DNA from: Halogeometricum borinquense DSM 11551
GTDB lineage: Archaea > Halobacteriota > Halobacteria > Halobacteriales > Haloferacaceae
Reading direction: 5' to 3'
Assembly: GCF_000172995.2 (NCBI RefSeq)
Contig: NC_014729.1
Location: 30,001 to 62,000, forward strand
Length of the DNA: 32,000 bases
Shown here: in pieces, positions 8,019 to 15,427 of the stretch
Layout of the letters: each line of letters begins with the position of its first letter
Position numbering within the stretch: the first letter of the stretch is position 1
Program-made: the position numbers and the translations under genes
Notes under the pieces: generated by a model
What the model was told of the DNA's origin: nothing
The model's database searches: none
Seen by the model: only the letters and a program-made list of their open reading frames with translations

Positions 8019-8705
8019 ATGAAGACGACGGGCGGTACAGACGACCAGAAGCGTCGTGCGGCCGAACGCGCCGCCGACCTCGTAGAAACGGGTGCGACGG
8101 TCGGCCTCGGAACCGGAAGCACCGCCGCGTTCGCCATCCGCGCACTCGGCCGGGCAGTCGAAGACGGGCTCGACATACGCGGCGTCCCGACCTCCTTTGC
8201 CTCCCGCGAACTCGCCCGTGAGGAAGGGATTCCGCTCGTCGCCGTTGACGAGGTAGAGACAATCGACGTGGCGATCGACGGCGCGGACCAACTCGACGGC
8301 GACCTGAATCTGATAAAAGGTGGCGGGGCGGCCCACGCCCGCGAGAAGATTGTAGACGCGATGGCCGACCGCTTCGTCGTCGTTGCCGACCCCTCGAAAG
8401 TCACCGAGACGCTGGAGCGAGCAGTGCCGCTCGAAGTCCTTCCCGACGCGCGAACCGCTGCCGCCGCGCGCGTCAGTGAACTCGACGGGGAGGCGACCCT
8501 GCGCCGGGCCGAACGGAAAGACGGTCCAGTCGTTACCGACAACGGCAACCTCGTTCTCGACTGCGAGTTCGGACAGATTTCCGACCCCGAGTCGCTTGCG
8601 GCCGATCTTTCAGCGACGCCGGGCGTCGTCGAACACGGCCTGTTCGTCGGGCTTGCGGACGAGGCGTACATCGGCACCGACGATGGCGTGGACGTACAGA
8701 GCTAA
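8019..8705 (+). CDS. rpiA: Ribose-5-phosphate isomerase A
   Basis: Motifs GLGTGSTAAFAI, DGADQLD and KGGGAAHAREKIV are present. I set the start at ATG 8019 (MKTTGGTDDQKRRAA...) rather than the track's GTG 7992. Its stop codon overlaps the stop of the convergent gene at 8702. Confidence 0.9.
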   Translation: MKTTGGTDDQKRRAAERAADLVETGATVGLGTGSTAAFAIRALGRAVEDGLDIRGVPTSFASRELAREEGIPLVAVDEVETIDVAIDGADQLDGDLNLIKGGGAAHAREKIVDAMADRFVVVADPSKVTETLERAVPLEVLPDARTAAAARVSELDGEATLRRAERKDGPVVTDNGNLVLDCEFGQISDPESLAADLSATPGVVEHGLFVGLADEAYIGTDDGVDVQS

Positions 8706-9514
8706 GCTGACGCGCGTAGTTCTCGGAGCGTGGCGGTCAGTTCCCCTGACCCGTCTATATCTTCGCTCCGTGCGCTGAAGTTCGTCCACGGACGGTGTCG
8801 GCGGAGAACCACCGCGTCGTCCGTCCGGTCGATAGCAGTGATTTGGTCCCATCCGTAGAACGCGGTGACGCCGCCCTGCTCGACAGCGACACCGTTCTCG
8901 TACGCGAGGTACGACCGAGACTGCTTCAGTTGGCTGATGCTGCCGAGCATCCCGCCGAACAGACCACCGACGAAGGGAAGCAACGACGACAACCACGGCG
9001 CGACAGTGAACGCGGCGACGGTGGAGACGATGAGCGCAGTGAGACCGCTGGCGACGACGACGCTCGATTTCCGCCACCACGCATCCGGCGGGCGTGCCTC
9101 CCACGTTGTGACGGCTGTCCGCCCGGCGCGCGCTCGGGCGGCGTGTTCGGTCGCGGCGCCATTCCACACAATCACTCCCGTGACGAACCCAACGAGTATA
9201 CCAGCGCCGAGGACGAGCGCGAGACTGACGCTAAGAGTGTCGGTGAGAAGATAGTAGCCGACAAACAAGGCATCGAGAGTGGCTGGACTCAAAACGAAAG
9301 CCGGACCGAAACGGGACTTCCCGATTCGGGCGGCCGTGTCGTCGGTTCCGAAGCGATAGCCGACGCCAGCGGTAAGGACGAACCCGACGGTAGAAACGCC
9401 AGCAAGTGCGACGAGACTCACGTCAGCGGCGATGAGGCCGACTGCGACCGGAGTCACAACTGCGGCGGCAACGAACAGAGCGAAGGAGAGGGCAAACCGA
9501 CGCGTGCGGGACAT
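8702..9514 (-). CDS. Polytopic membrane protein with C-terminal soluble domain (bacterial-PH-like); function unknown
   Basis: There are several hydrophobic helices (FALSFALFVAAAVVTPVAVGLIAA, LVALAGVSTVGFVLTAGVGY, SLALVLGAGILVGFVTGVIVW, VVVASGLTALIVSTVAAFTVAPW). The tail YLAYENGVAVEQGGVTAFYGWDQITAIDRTDDAVVLRR resembles membrane-associated bPH domains; this is pattern recognition only. Confidence 0.6.
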   Translation of the reverse strand: MSRTRRFALSFALFVAAAVVTPVAVGLIAADVSLVALAGVSTVGFVLTAGVGYRFGTDDTAARIGKSRFGPAFVLSPATLDALFVGYYLLTDTLSVSLALVLGAGILVGFVTGVIVWNGAATEHAARARAGRTAVTTWEARPPDAWWRKSSVVVASGLTALIVSTVAAFTVAPWLSSLLPFVGGLFGGMLGSISQLKQSRSYLAYENGVAVEQGGVTAFYGWDQITAIDRTDDAVVLRRHRPWTNFSARSEDIDGSGELTATLRELRASA

Positions 9515-9597
9515 ATCAACGGTTGTACACGATTGGTTGATAGACCTACCGGTCGTCAGTCGTTGCGTCGAAAGAAAATGTGATTGAGAAACCCGGC

Positions 9598-9765
9598 TTA
9601 CAGGTCGCGGGGCTGGACCGTCTTACGGTCGTTCTCTTCCGCACGGCGGGCGGCGTCTTCGAGCAGTTCTTTCACTTCCTCGTCGAGCGCGTCGTAGAAG
9701 TCAGAAGCGACGTTTTTGTCGTTGAGCGCTTCCTTGACGGCTGCCTTGACAATAAGGTCTGCCAT
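9598..9765 (-). CDS. 55-aa histone-fold-like small protein (DUF1931-type)
   Basis: Not in the track because it is under 60 aa. The reverse-strand ATG is the complement of 9763-9765 and the TAA stop is the complement of 9598-9600. Manual translation: MADLIVKAAVKEALNDKNVASDFYDALDEEVKELLEDAARRAEENDRKTVQPRDL. It is acidic and helical, matching what I remember of DUF1931 small proteins. An AT-rich box CTTAATAAGATT (9789-9800) lies ~29 bp upstream, and a T-rich tract lies downstream (complement of 9570-9582). Confidence 0.7.
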   Translation of the reverse strand: MADLIVKAAVKEALNDKNVASDFYDALDEEVKELLEDAARRAEENDRKTVQPRDL

Positions 9766-9823
9766 ACAGACACCTCTTCTGAGCCCTACTTAATAAGATT
9801 TCCCAAATCGGCCGCCTCTCCGC

Positions 9824-9842
9824 CCATATCCGTAGGATATGG
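9824..9842. promoter_or_regulatory. Perfect palindrome CCATATCC-GTA-GGATATGG in a divergent promoter region
   Basis: It has 8-bp arms and a 3-bp spacer. It sits between the AT-rich boxes at 9789-9800 and 9861-9868. Confidence 0.35.
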
Positions 9843-9860
9843 CCTTTCCGATGGGACGGA

Positions 9861-9868
9861 TTTATATA
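9861..9868. promoter_or_regulatory. Strong TATA-like box TTTATATA (orientation ambiguous)
   Basis: This is the best TATA match in the 9766-9997 intergenic region. It is ~130 bp from larB ATG 9998 and ~100 bp from the DUF1931 ATG, so it would imply a long leader or a separate transcript. Confidence 0.3.
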
Positions 9869-9937
9869 GAGGGAGGTCTCATAAGAGAGGCCACACCGCT
9901 CACACCGTTCTAGCGGGAGCAGACACCCACGAACAGA

Positions 9938-9962
9938 CGTTTTGGATATTCGATCCAAAACG
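9938..9962. promoter_or_regulatory. Perfect 10-bp inverted repeat CGTTTTGGAT-ATTCG-ATCCAAAACG upstream of larB
   Basis: Read directly from the sequence. Its AT-rich centre (TTGGATATT, 9942-9950) lies ~27 bp upstream of GTG 9971, so it may overlap the larB TATA box. Confidence 0.45.
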
Positions 9963-9997
9963 ATAGGTAGGTGGAGACCCGGGGGAAACGCACGACC

Positions 9998-10771
9998 ATG
10001 CGAGATATTCTAGAGGCTGTCGCATCCGGCGACCTCGACCCGGCGGTCGCGGAAGCGCGTCTCTCGGGATACGCGACGACAGGAGCGGGACGGTTCGACG
10101 CCGCACGGGAGACACGACGCGGCGTCCCTGAGGCGATCCTCGCGGACGGAAAAACGCCAGACGAGGCAGCGACGTTGGCGGCCGCGGCCGTCAAATCGAC
10201 TGGCCGGGCCATTCTGACCCGCGCTGACGACACCCACGTCGATGCCGTCGTGGACACACTGAACGAGGAAGTCACGTTCCACAGAGATGACCGGGCACGG
10301 ACACTCGTCGCGCACGCGCCAGATTTCGACCCGCCGACGCGAGACGCGACGGTCGGTATCGTCACCGGCGGCACCTCGGACGCGGAGGCGGCGGGCGAAG
10401 CGTCAGTGATCCTCGAAGAGATGGGTGCGACGGTGACGCGCGTCGAAGACGTGGGTGTCGCCCACCTCGGACGCGTCATCGACCACCTCGACACGCTCCG
10501 TGCGGCGGACGTACTCGTCGTTGCCGCCGGGCGAGAAGGTGCTCTCCCAACGGTGGTCGCCGGACTCGTCGATACCCCCGTCATCGGCCTGCCAGTCTCG
10601 ACTGGCTACGGACACGGTGGCTCGGGGAAAGCGGCCCTTGAAGGGATGCTTCAGTCGTGTACTGTCATTTCAGTGGTCAACATCGACGCTGGGTTCGTTG
10701 CCGGTGCGCAGGCCGGACTCATCGCTCGGGCGATAAGCGACGCACGCACCGGCAATGACCAAGCGGACTGA
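9998..10771 (+). CDS. larB: LarB-type PurE/AIR-carboxylase-family protein (pyridinium-3,5-biscarboxylic acid mononucleotide synthase family)
   Basis: The N-terminal domain is MRDILEAVASGDLDPAVAEARLSGY. The PurE-like core is VGIVTGGTSDAEAAGEASVILEEMGATV...VVAAGREGALPTVVAGLVDTPVIGLPVSTGYG. The start could be GTG 9971 (track) if the transcript is leaderless. Confidence 0.8.
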   Translation: MRDILEAVASGDLDPAVAEARLSGYATTGAGRFDAARETRRGVPEAILADGKTPDEAATLAAAAVKSTGRAILTRADDTHVDAVVDTLNEEVTFHRDDRARTLVAHAPDFDPPTRDATVGIVTGGTSDAEAAGEASVILEEMGATVTRVEDVGVAHLGRVIDHLDTLRAADVLVVAAGREGALPTVVAGLVDTPVIGLPVSTGYGHGGSGKAALEGMLQSCTVISVVNIDAGFVAGAQAGLIARAISDARTGNDQAD

Positions 10772-10774
10772 GAC

Positions 10775-10827
10775 AACGTAAGACGATCAGCGGGCAGATT
10801 TCGTTCTTCGAGAGATCGTCATACGTT
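10775..10827. terminator. Long imperfect inverted repeat (13/14 bp arms, 25-nt loop) immediately after the larB stop
   Basis: AACGTAAGACGATC (10775-10788) pairs with GATCGTCATACGTT (10814-10827) with one mismatch. It begins 4 nt after the TGA at 10769-10771. Its role as a terminator is inferred only. Confidence 0.3.
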
Positions 10828-10843
10828 CGCTTCCCATACAGTC

Positions 10844-10853
10844 TATAAAATAA
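10844..10853. promoter_or_regulatory. Strong TATA-like box TATAAAATAA
   Basis: This is the most AT-rich element between larB and the zinc-ribbon gene. If it is plus-oriented, the TSS would be near 10876-10880, about 100 nt before ATG 10981. Confidence 0.35.
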
Positions 10854-10980
10854 CACATTTGCCAGAGAATCAACCGTGCTTGTGGAAATTTAGTGGTTTA
10901 CGCGCACGCGCGCGAAGCCCTCAAGTAAGTGGCATCCGTACGAGTGGTACCGGCACATGTGGTGGCTGCCGGATTCAACC

Positions 10981-11130
10981 ATGCCAACTTGCGACCACTG
11001 CGGGTCGCACGTTTCCGAGCGCTTCGCACGCGTGTTTGCCGACGTCGAAGGGCGAATTCTCGCCTGTCCAAACTGTTCGGCGAACGCGGGTATCGCGGAG
11101 GTCGCGCGGCAACGTACCCGCACTGCATGA
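10981..11130 (+). CDS. 49-aa zinc-ribbon micro-protein (CxxC...CPxC)
   Basis: Not in the track because it is under 60 aa. Manual translation: MPTCDHCGSHVSERFARVFADVEGRILACPNCSANAGIAEVARQRTRTA. The two cysteine pairs (C4/C7, C29/C32) are typical of haloarchaeal CPxCG-type small zinc-finger proteins. There is an in-frame alternative ATG at 10957. A T4 tract lies at 11173-11176 downstream. Confidence 0.65.
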   Translation: MPTCDHCGSHVSERFARVFADVEGRILACPNCSANAGIAEVARQRTRTA

Positions 11131-11265
11131 CCACTGAAGCGGAGTAAGACCACCACGCGAAGCCGCAACCGCTTTTGGTGTGACCGGCGCGAAACCACGC
11201 GGCCGGTCACTCCGACTTCGAGACCAGAAACGCTACTTAGCTTCCCGAGAAGGCTCCGGTATTCG

Positions 11266-12102
11266 ATGAGCGACGGATACACCATCCTCCTGACGAACGA
11301 CGACGGCATCGACGCACCCGGAATTGCCACGCTCCGCGAAGAACTCACGTCGCTGGGTGACGTGACCGTCATCGCGCCCGACGGGAACCGAAGCGGGGTC
11401 GGTCGCACTCGTAATCACACGGCGGTGGTCCGCGAGCATCCGTGGGGATACGCACTCTCGGGGACGCCCGCCGACTGCGTCGCGTACGGTCTCCGCGGCC
11501 TCGACACCGACTTCGACGTGGTCGTCTCCGGCGTCAACGACGGTCCCAACGCGGGCAACTACGTCGTCGGTCGTTCCGGAACCGTCGGTGCGGGCATCGA
11601 GGCCGCCTTCCTCGGGACGCCAGCCCTCGCCGTCTCGGCGTTTCACACGACTGATTTCTTCCTCTCACCGCCGGAAGAGTACGACTTCTCCCGGCCTGCG
11701 CGCGTCGCCGTCGGACTGGTCGAACGCGCCCTCGACTCCGGCGTCTACGACGACGTTGACCTGCTGAACGTGAACGCACCCGTCGATTCGCCGAACCCGC
11801 CGGTGATGCTCACCGAACCGTACCACGACTACGGGCAACAGGTCGAGGAGGTCGAAGACGAAGACGACGAACTCGGTCCGGACGAACGCCGCGTCGAACT
11901 GCGGGATCGAACGTGGCCCGACGCCGTCGGGTGGGAGAACCCGTTCCCCCTCGCGGAGACACACCGTGAGCGCTATCCTGTCGGGACGGACCGGCGTGCG
12001 ATGGTGGACGCCGCTGTCAGCGTTTCCCCGTTGACCGTAAGTCACGGTGTCGCCGACAGTGCGCGCCTCGCCGACGTGATCGAGACGTTCGAAGTCGAGT
12101 GA
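11266..12102 (+). CDS. surE: 5'/3'-nucleotidase SurE
   Basis: The N-terminal signature [14 protein letters not shown], the GSNxG-like region ([11 protein letters not shown]) and [10 protein letters not shown] are present. The length is typical. Confidence 0.9.
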   Translation: MSDGYTILLTNDDGIDAPGIATLREELTSLGDVTVIAPDGNRSGVGRTRNHTAVVREHPWGYALSGTPADCVAYGLRGLDTDFDVVVSGVNDGPNAGNYVVGRSGTVGAGIEAAFLGTPALAVSAFHTTDFFLSPPEEYDFSRPARVAVGLVERALDSGVYDDVDLLNVNAPVDSPNPPVMLTEPYHDYGQQVEEVEDEDDELGPDERRVELRDRTWPDAVGWENPFPLAETHRERYPVGTDRRAMVDAAVSVSPLTVSHGVADSARLADVIETFEVE

Positions 12103-12124
12103 GACAGAACGTGGTGAGCTGAGA

Positions 12125-12373
12125 ATGGGCGACCACTACGTCTACGTCCTCCGATGTTCGGACGACTCGCTGTACACGGGCTACACAACCGATGTGGACC
12201 GCCGGGTTGCAGAACACGACGCAGGCGAGGGGGCAAAATACACGCGGGGCCGAACACCAGTCGAACTCGTCCACACCGAAGCGTTCGACTCCCGGTCAAC
12301 GGCGATGTCGCGTGAGTACGAGATCAAGCAGTTGTCGCGGCGGCAGAAAGAGCGCTTGATCGACGCGGAGTGA
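12125..12373 (+). CDS. GIY-YIG nuclease-domain small protein (UPF0213-like)
   Basis: [30 protein letters not shown]...[15 protein letters not shown]...[11 protein letters not shown] matches the GIY-(x)-YTG, R..EH and E..IK elements of stand-alone GIY-YIG proteins. Confidence 0.8.
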   Translation: MGDHYVYVLRCSDDSLYTGYTTDVDRRVAEHDAGEGAKYTRGRTPVELVHTEAFDSRSTAMSREYEIKQLSRRQKERLIDAE

Positions 12374-12383
12374 ACGCCTTGTT

Positions 12384-12944
12384 CTAATCGTCCGCGCGGG
12401 CAGTCTGTGCCGCCTCGGGATGGAGTCGCCGTGCCTCCGCAACAACGGACTCCGCGAGTGAGACGAGGCGACGGCGCACGTCTTCATCGGTGAGTTCATC
12501 GCCCTCGTACACGTTGTACGCGCCGCGGACGCCGACCTGTTCGGGGACGACGTGGCCGTGAACGCCGCGAATCGTACTTCGCATGTGTTCTAACGCTCCA
12601 CCGTAGGATCCGCCGCCAGCGGTGGCGACGAGACCGACGGCAGTGTCCTCGTACTCGTCCTTCGAGCAGTAGTCGTGGAAATTGCGGAACGTCGAGGAGT
12701 ACGACCCGTGGTAGACAGGCGATCCGATGATGACGCCGTCCGCTTTGCGGACGAGTCGAGTGAGCCGTTCAGATTCTCCCTGTTCGTCTTTGTCCGGGTG
12801 AAAGAGCGGGAGGTCTACGTCGCCGAGGTCCACCATTGTCGTCTCGGCACCGGCGTCCCGGGCGGCGTCGAGGACGATTTCCAGCGACTTGCGAGTATAA
12901 CTCCCCTCGCGTCTGCTTCCACAAATGGCAACGATGCGAGTCAT
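12384..12944 (-). CDS. NAD(P)H-dependent FMN reductase-family flavoprotein
   Basis: MTRIVAICGSRREGSYTRKSLEIVL...GVIIGSPVYHGSYSSTF has the typical GSxRxxS and SPxYxxS motifs. I moved the start to ATG 12944; the track's start at 12971 adds 9 unsupported codons. Confidence 0.8.
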   Translation of the reverse strand: MTRIVAICGSRREGSYTRKSLEIVLDAARDAGAETTMVDLGDVDLPLFHPDKDEQGESERLTRLVRKADGVIIGSPVYHGSYSSTFRNFHDYCSKDEYEDTAVGLVATAGGGSYGGALEHMRSTIRGVHGHVVPEQVGVRGAYNVYEGDELTDEDVRRRLVSLAESVVAEARRLHPEAAQTARADD

Positions 12945-13043
12945 TGTCCAGTGTCCGAAGGCGACGAGCAAAAACGCGTTGGCTTCCGCCGACGTACCAC
13001 GGTTCGGCGTACCTTTTTGACCGACGGCGGCGCATGTTTCCGC

Positions 13044-14417
13044 ATGGATGCGATCTCTTTCGGCACCGACGGGTGGCGCGCAACGCTCGACACGTTCACG
13101 GACGAACGAGTCCGAATCGTGGGGCAGGCCGTCGCTGACTATCTCTCCGATGAGGGGTACGAAGCACCGGTTTTCGTCGGCTACGATGCACGCGACACCT
13201 CGCTCGGATTCGCCGAATCGCTGGCCGAGGTGCTGGCCGGAAACGGGTTCGACGTACTGCTGCCCGACCGGGACCGACCGACGCCGTTAGTCGCCCACGC
13301 AATCGTCGAACGCAACCTCGCTGGCGCGTTGATGGTCACGGCATCGCACAACCCGCCGGAGTACAACGGCGTCAAGTTCATCCCTGCCGACGGCGCGCCT
13401 GCGCTCCCGTACGTCACCGAAGCCATCGTCGAACGCCTCGCGGAACCTGACCTCCTGCCCGAGGACGAACGCGGCAGTATCGAGGAAGTTGACATCGTGA
13501 CGCCGCACTTCGAACATGCCCGCGAACTCGTAGACGCTGACCTCTCGGGACTCACCGTCGTCCACGACGCCATGCACGGAAGCGGTCGCGGCGTCACCAG
13601 CGCACTCCTCGAATCCGCGGGCGCGGAAGTAGTGAGCATCCGCGACGAACGCGACTCAGACTTCGGCGGGACGCCGCCGGAACCGAGCGCGGAGAACCTC
13701 GAACCGCTCGTCGAAGCAGTCGAAGAACACGACGCGGATTTGGGTGTCGCTAACGACGGCGACGCGGATCGAGTCGCGTTTGTCACGCCCGAGCGCGGCC
13801 ATCTGGACGAGAACCTCTTTTTCGCCGCCGCGTACGACTATCTGCTTGCCGAGGAGAGCGGCCCCGCCATCCGAACCGTCTCCACGACGTTCCTCATCGA
13901 CCGTATCGCCGAAGCACACGGCCAAGAAGTGTTCGAGACGGCTGTTGGCTTCAAGTGGGTCGCAGACGCGATGAAAGAACACGACGCGCTGATGGGCGGC
14001 GAGGAGTCCGGCGGCTTCTCGATTCGGGGCCACGTCCGCGAGAAGGACGGCGTCCTCATGGGGCTTCTCGGCGCGGCCGCCACCGCCGATGAACCGATGG
14101 ACGAGCGCGTTGATCGCCTCCTCGATGCGCACGGCGATATTGTCGCCGACAAGATCAGTCTCGACTGTCCCGACTCGGAGAAAGAGCGGGTTATCGACGA
14201 ACTGGACGACGAACTGCCAGACCGGGTCGCCGGACGCGACATCGAGAAAGTCGTCACGCTCGACGGCTTCAAACTGCTCCTCGAAGACGGGTCGTGGCTG
14301 CTGGCCCGGCCCTCCGGGACGGAACCGAAGATGCGCGTCTACGCCGAGGCATCCAGCGAGGACGATGTCCGCGAACTCCTCGAAGCGGGCCGCAAACTAG
14401 TCGCACCGCTCATCTAA
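13044..14417 (+). CDS. Phosphohexomutase (phosphoglucomutase/phosphomannomutase family)
   Basis: It has FGTDGWR, the active-site TASHNPPEYNG, the metal loop GVANDGDADR, and the sugar loop GGEESGG. The true start is ATG 13044 (MDAISFGTDGWR). The track's 123 extra N-terminal codons are antisense to the FMN-reductase gene. The 3' end overlaps the convergent GNAT gene by 8 nt. Confidence 0.9.
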   Translation: MDAISFGTDGWRATLDTFTDERVRIVGQAVADYLSDEGYEAPVFVGYDARDTSLGFAESLAEVLAGNGFDVLLPDRDRPTPLVAHAIVERNLAGALMVTASHNPPEYNGVKFIPADGAPALPYVTEAIVERLAEPDLLPEDERGSIEEVDIVTPHFEHARELVDADLSGLTVVHDAMHGSGRGVTSALLESAGAEVVSIRDERDSDFGGTPPEPSAENLEPLVEAVEEHDADLGVANDGDADRVAFVTPERGHLDENLFFAAAYDYLLAEESGPAIRTVSTTFLIDRIAEAHGQEVFETAVGFKWVADAMKEHDALMGGEESGGFSIRGHVREKDGVLMGLLGAAATADEPMDERVDRLLDAHGDIVADKISLDCPDSEKERVIDELDDELPDRVAGRDIEKVVTLDGFKLLLEDGSWLLARPSGTEPKMRVYAEASSEDDVRELLEAGRKLVAPLI

Positions 14418-14820
14418 GGACGCCGCGAAACCGCCCGCCGTCTGCGTTTTCGCCGTCACCGGTACCCTCATCTATGGCGGTTATCTCGAACTCCAGCGCC
14501 TCGTAGAACGGCCGCACTTGCCGACGGAACGTCGCCGTCACCGGCCCATCAGTACGCGAGGCGGCAGTCTCGACCAAGCGGCGTCCAATGCCGCGGGCAC
14601 GCCGAGAGCGATGCACCGCGATCTGCGTAATTGCCGTCGCATCATCGCGTCGCACCAGCACACAGACACCGACGACTCGGCCGTTCGCGTCGGCGACGAG
14701 AACGTCTCCGTCCTCGATTCGCCGCCGAACGCGGTCGCTCTCGACTTCGAGCATTGCGGCATCTAACAGTTCGACGCAGGCCGCACGGTCGTCCGACCGG
14801 GCGAGGCGCACATCAGTCAC
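14410..14820 (-). CDS. GNAT-family N-acetyltransferase
   Basis: The acetyl-CoA motif is IAVHRSRRARGIGRRLVETA (R-x-x-G-x-G). The size is ~136 aa. It has a GTG start (complement of 14818-14820). Confidence 0.75.
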   Translation of the reverse strand: MTDVRLARSDDRAACVELLDAAMLEVESDRVRRRIEDGDVLVADANGRVVGVCVLVRRDDATAITQIAVHRSRRARGIGRRLVETAASRTDGPVTATFRRQVRPFYEALEFEITAIDEGTGDGENADGGRFRGVLR

Positions 14821-14870
14821 GCTTCGGTCACGGTCGCCGTTCGTCGCCGACGGGATTCAACGTCTCGGCT

Positions 14871-15350
14871 TTAGGCCGACGGGATGGCCGCCAACAACTC
14901 GTCAATGTCCGGCCGGTCGCCGGGACTGTCGCCCGCGTGGTCGAAAAGGACCTCCCCCGTCTCCACGTCGAGGACGAGCGCCTCGGGCATCCGTCCGACG
15001 AGATCGTGCAGGCTTCCGAGGACGCCGAACCGCTCGGGTTGGTCCATCGCATCGCCTACTTCCTTGCCCTCGTCGGCAAGGAGGGGAAACGGCAGGTCGT
15101 AGGACGTTTGCCACTTCTTGGTTCGGTCCGTCGGTTCGGGAAGAACGGATACGACTTCCGCGTTCGCGTCCTGAAACTCGTCGTATCGGCGTTTGGCTGA
15201 CTGCACCTGTCGGCGGCACTTTTTACAGTAGTAGTCCCGCTGGAGGAGAAGGACGAGATACTCAGCGTCGGCATCCGCGGGCGAGAACGTGTCCGGGCCA
15301 GCACCGACGTTCGGTAACTCGAAATCCAATGGAGCCGTGGTCGTGCTCAT
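14871..15350 (-). CDS. Thioredoxin-fold redoxin (AhpC/TSA-like) with CxxC motif
   Basis: FELPNVGAGPDTFS...YLVLLLQRDYYCKKCRRQV...VVSVLPEP...LPFPLLADEG shows a peroxiredoxin-like layout with CKKC. I moved the start to ATG 15350 (MSTTTAPLDF); the track uses an upstream TTG. Confidence 0.75.
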   Translation of the reverse strand: MSTTTAPLDFELPNVGAGPDTFSPADADAEYLVLLLQRDYYCKKCRRQVQSAKRRYDEFQDANAEVVSVLPEPTDRTKKWQTSYDLPFPLLADEGKEVGDAMDQPERFGVLGSLHDLVGRMPEALVLDVETGEVLFDHAGDSPGDRPDIDELLAAIPSA

Positions 15351-15427
15351 ATCAAACAGTAACAACGGTTGTTAGTTGAATCTCACCCGAATGTGCGCCG
15401 CCGGCACCCGACACCGAAAGCCGAGAT

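Noticed and set aside
7955-8677. 240-aa minus-strand ORF
   Set aside because: It is antisense to the well-supported rpiA gene, with an Ser/Ala/Arg/Pro-rich low-complexity translation.
9968-9990. ORB-like string GGTGGAGACCCGGGGGAAAC at the 5' end of larB
   Set aside because: It is a single copy with no Orc gene adjacent, no AT-rich unwinding element and no inverted partner. It probably lies in the coding sequence or leader of larB. My memory of the ORB consensus is too imprecise to support a call.
9910-10584. 224-aa minus-strand ORF, and 9580..9966(+)
   Set aside because: The first is antisense to larB. The second overlaps the real 55-aa minus-strand gene and promoter DNA. Both have non-haloarchaeal composition.
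10899-10914. 16-nt alternating pyrimidine-purine (Z-DNA-prone) run TACGCGCACGCGCGCG as a stand-alone feature
   Set aside because: Short CG-alternating runs are expected by chance in GC-rich DNA. I mention it only as part of the zinc-ribbon gene leader.
12675-13043. 123-codon N-terminal extension of the phosphohexomutase ORF in the track
   Set aside because: It overlaps the FMN-reductase gene in antisense. The conserved phosphohexomutase N-terminus (MDAISFGTDGWR) begins at ATG 13044, which has a T-rich box upstream.
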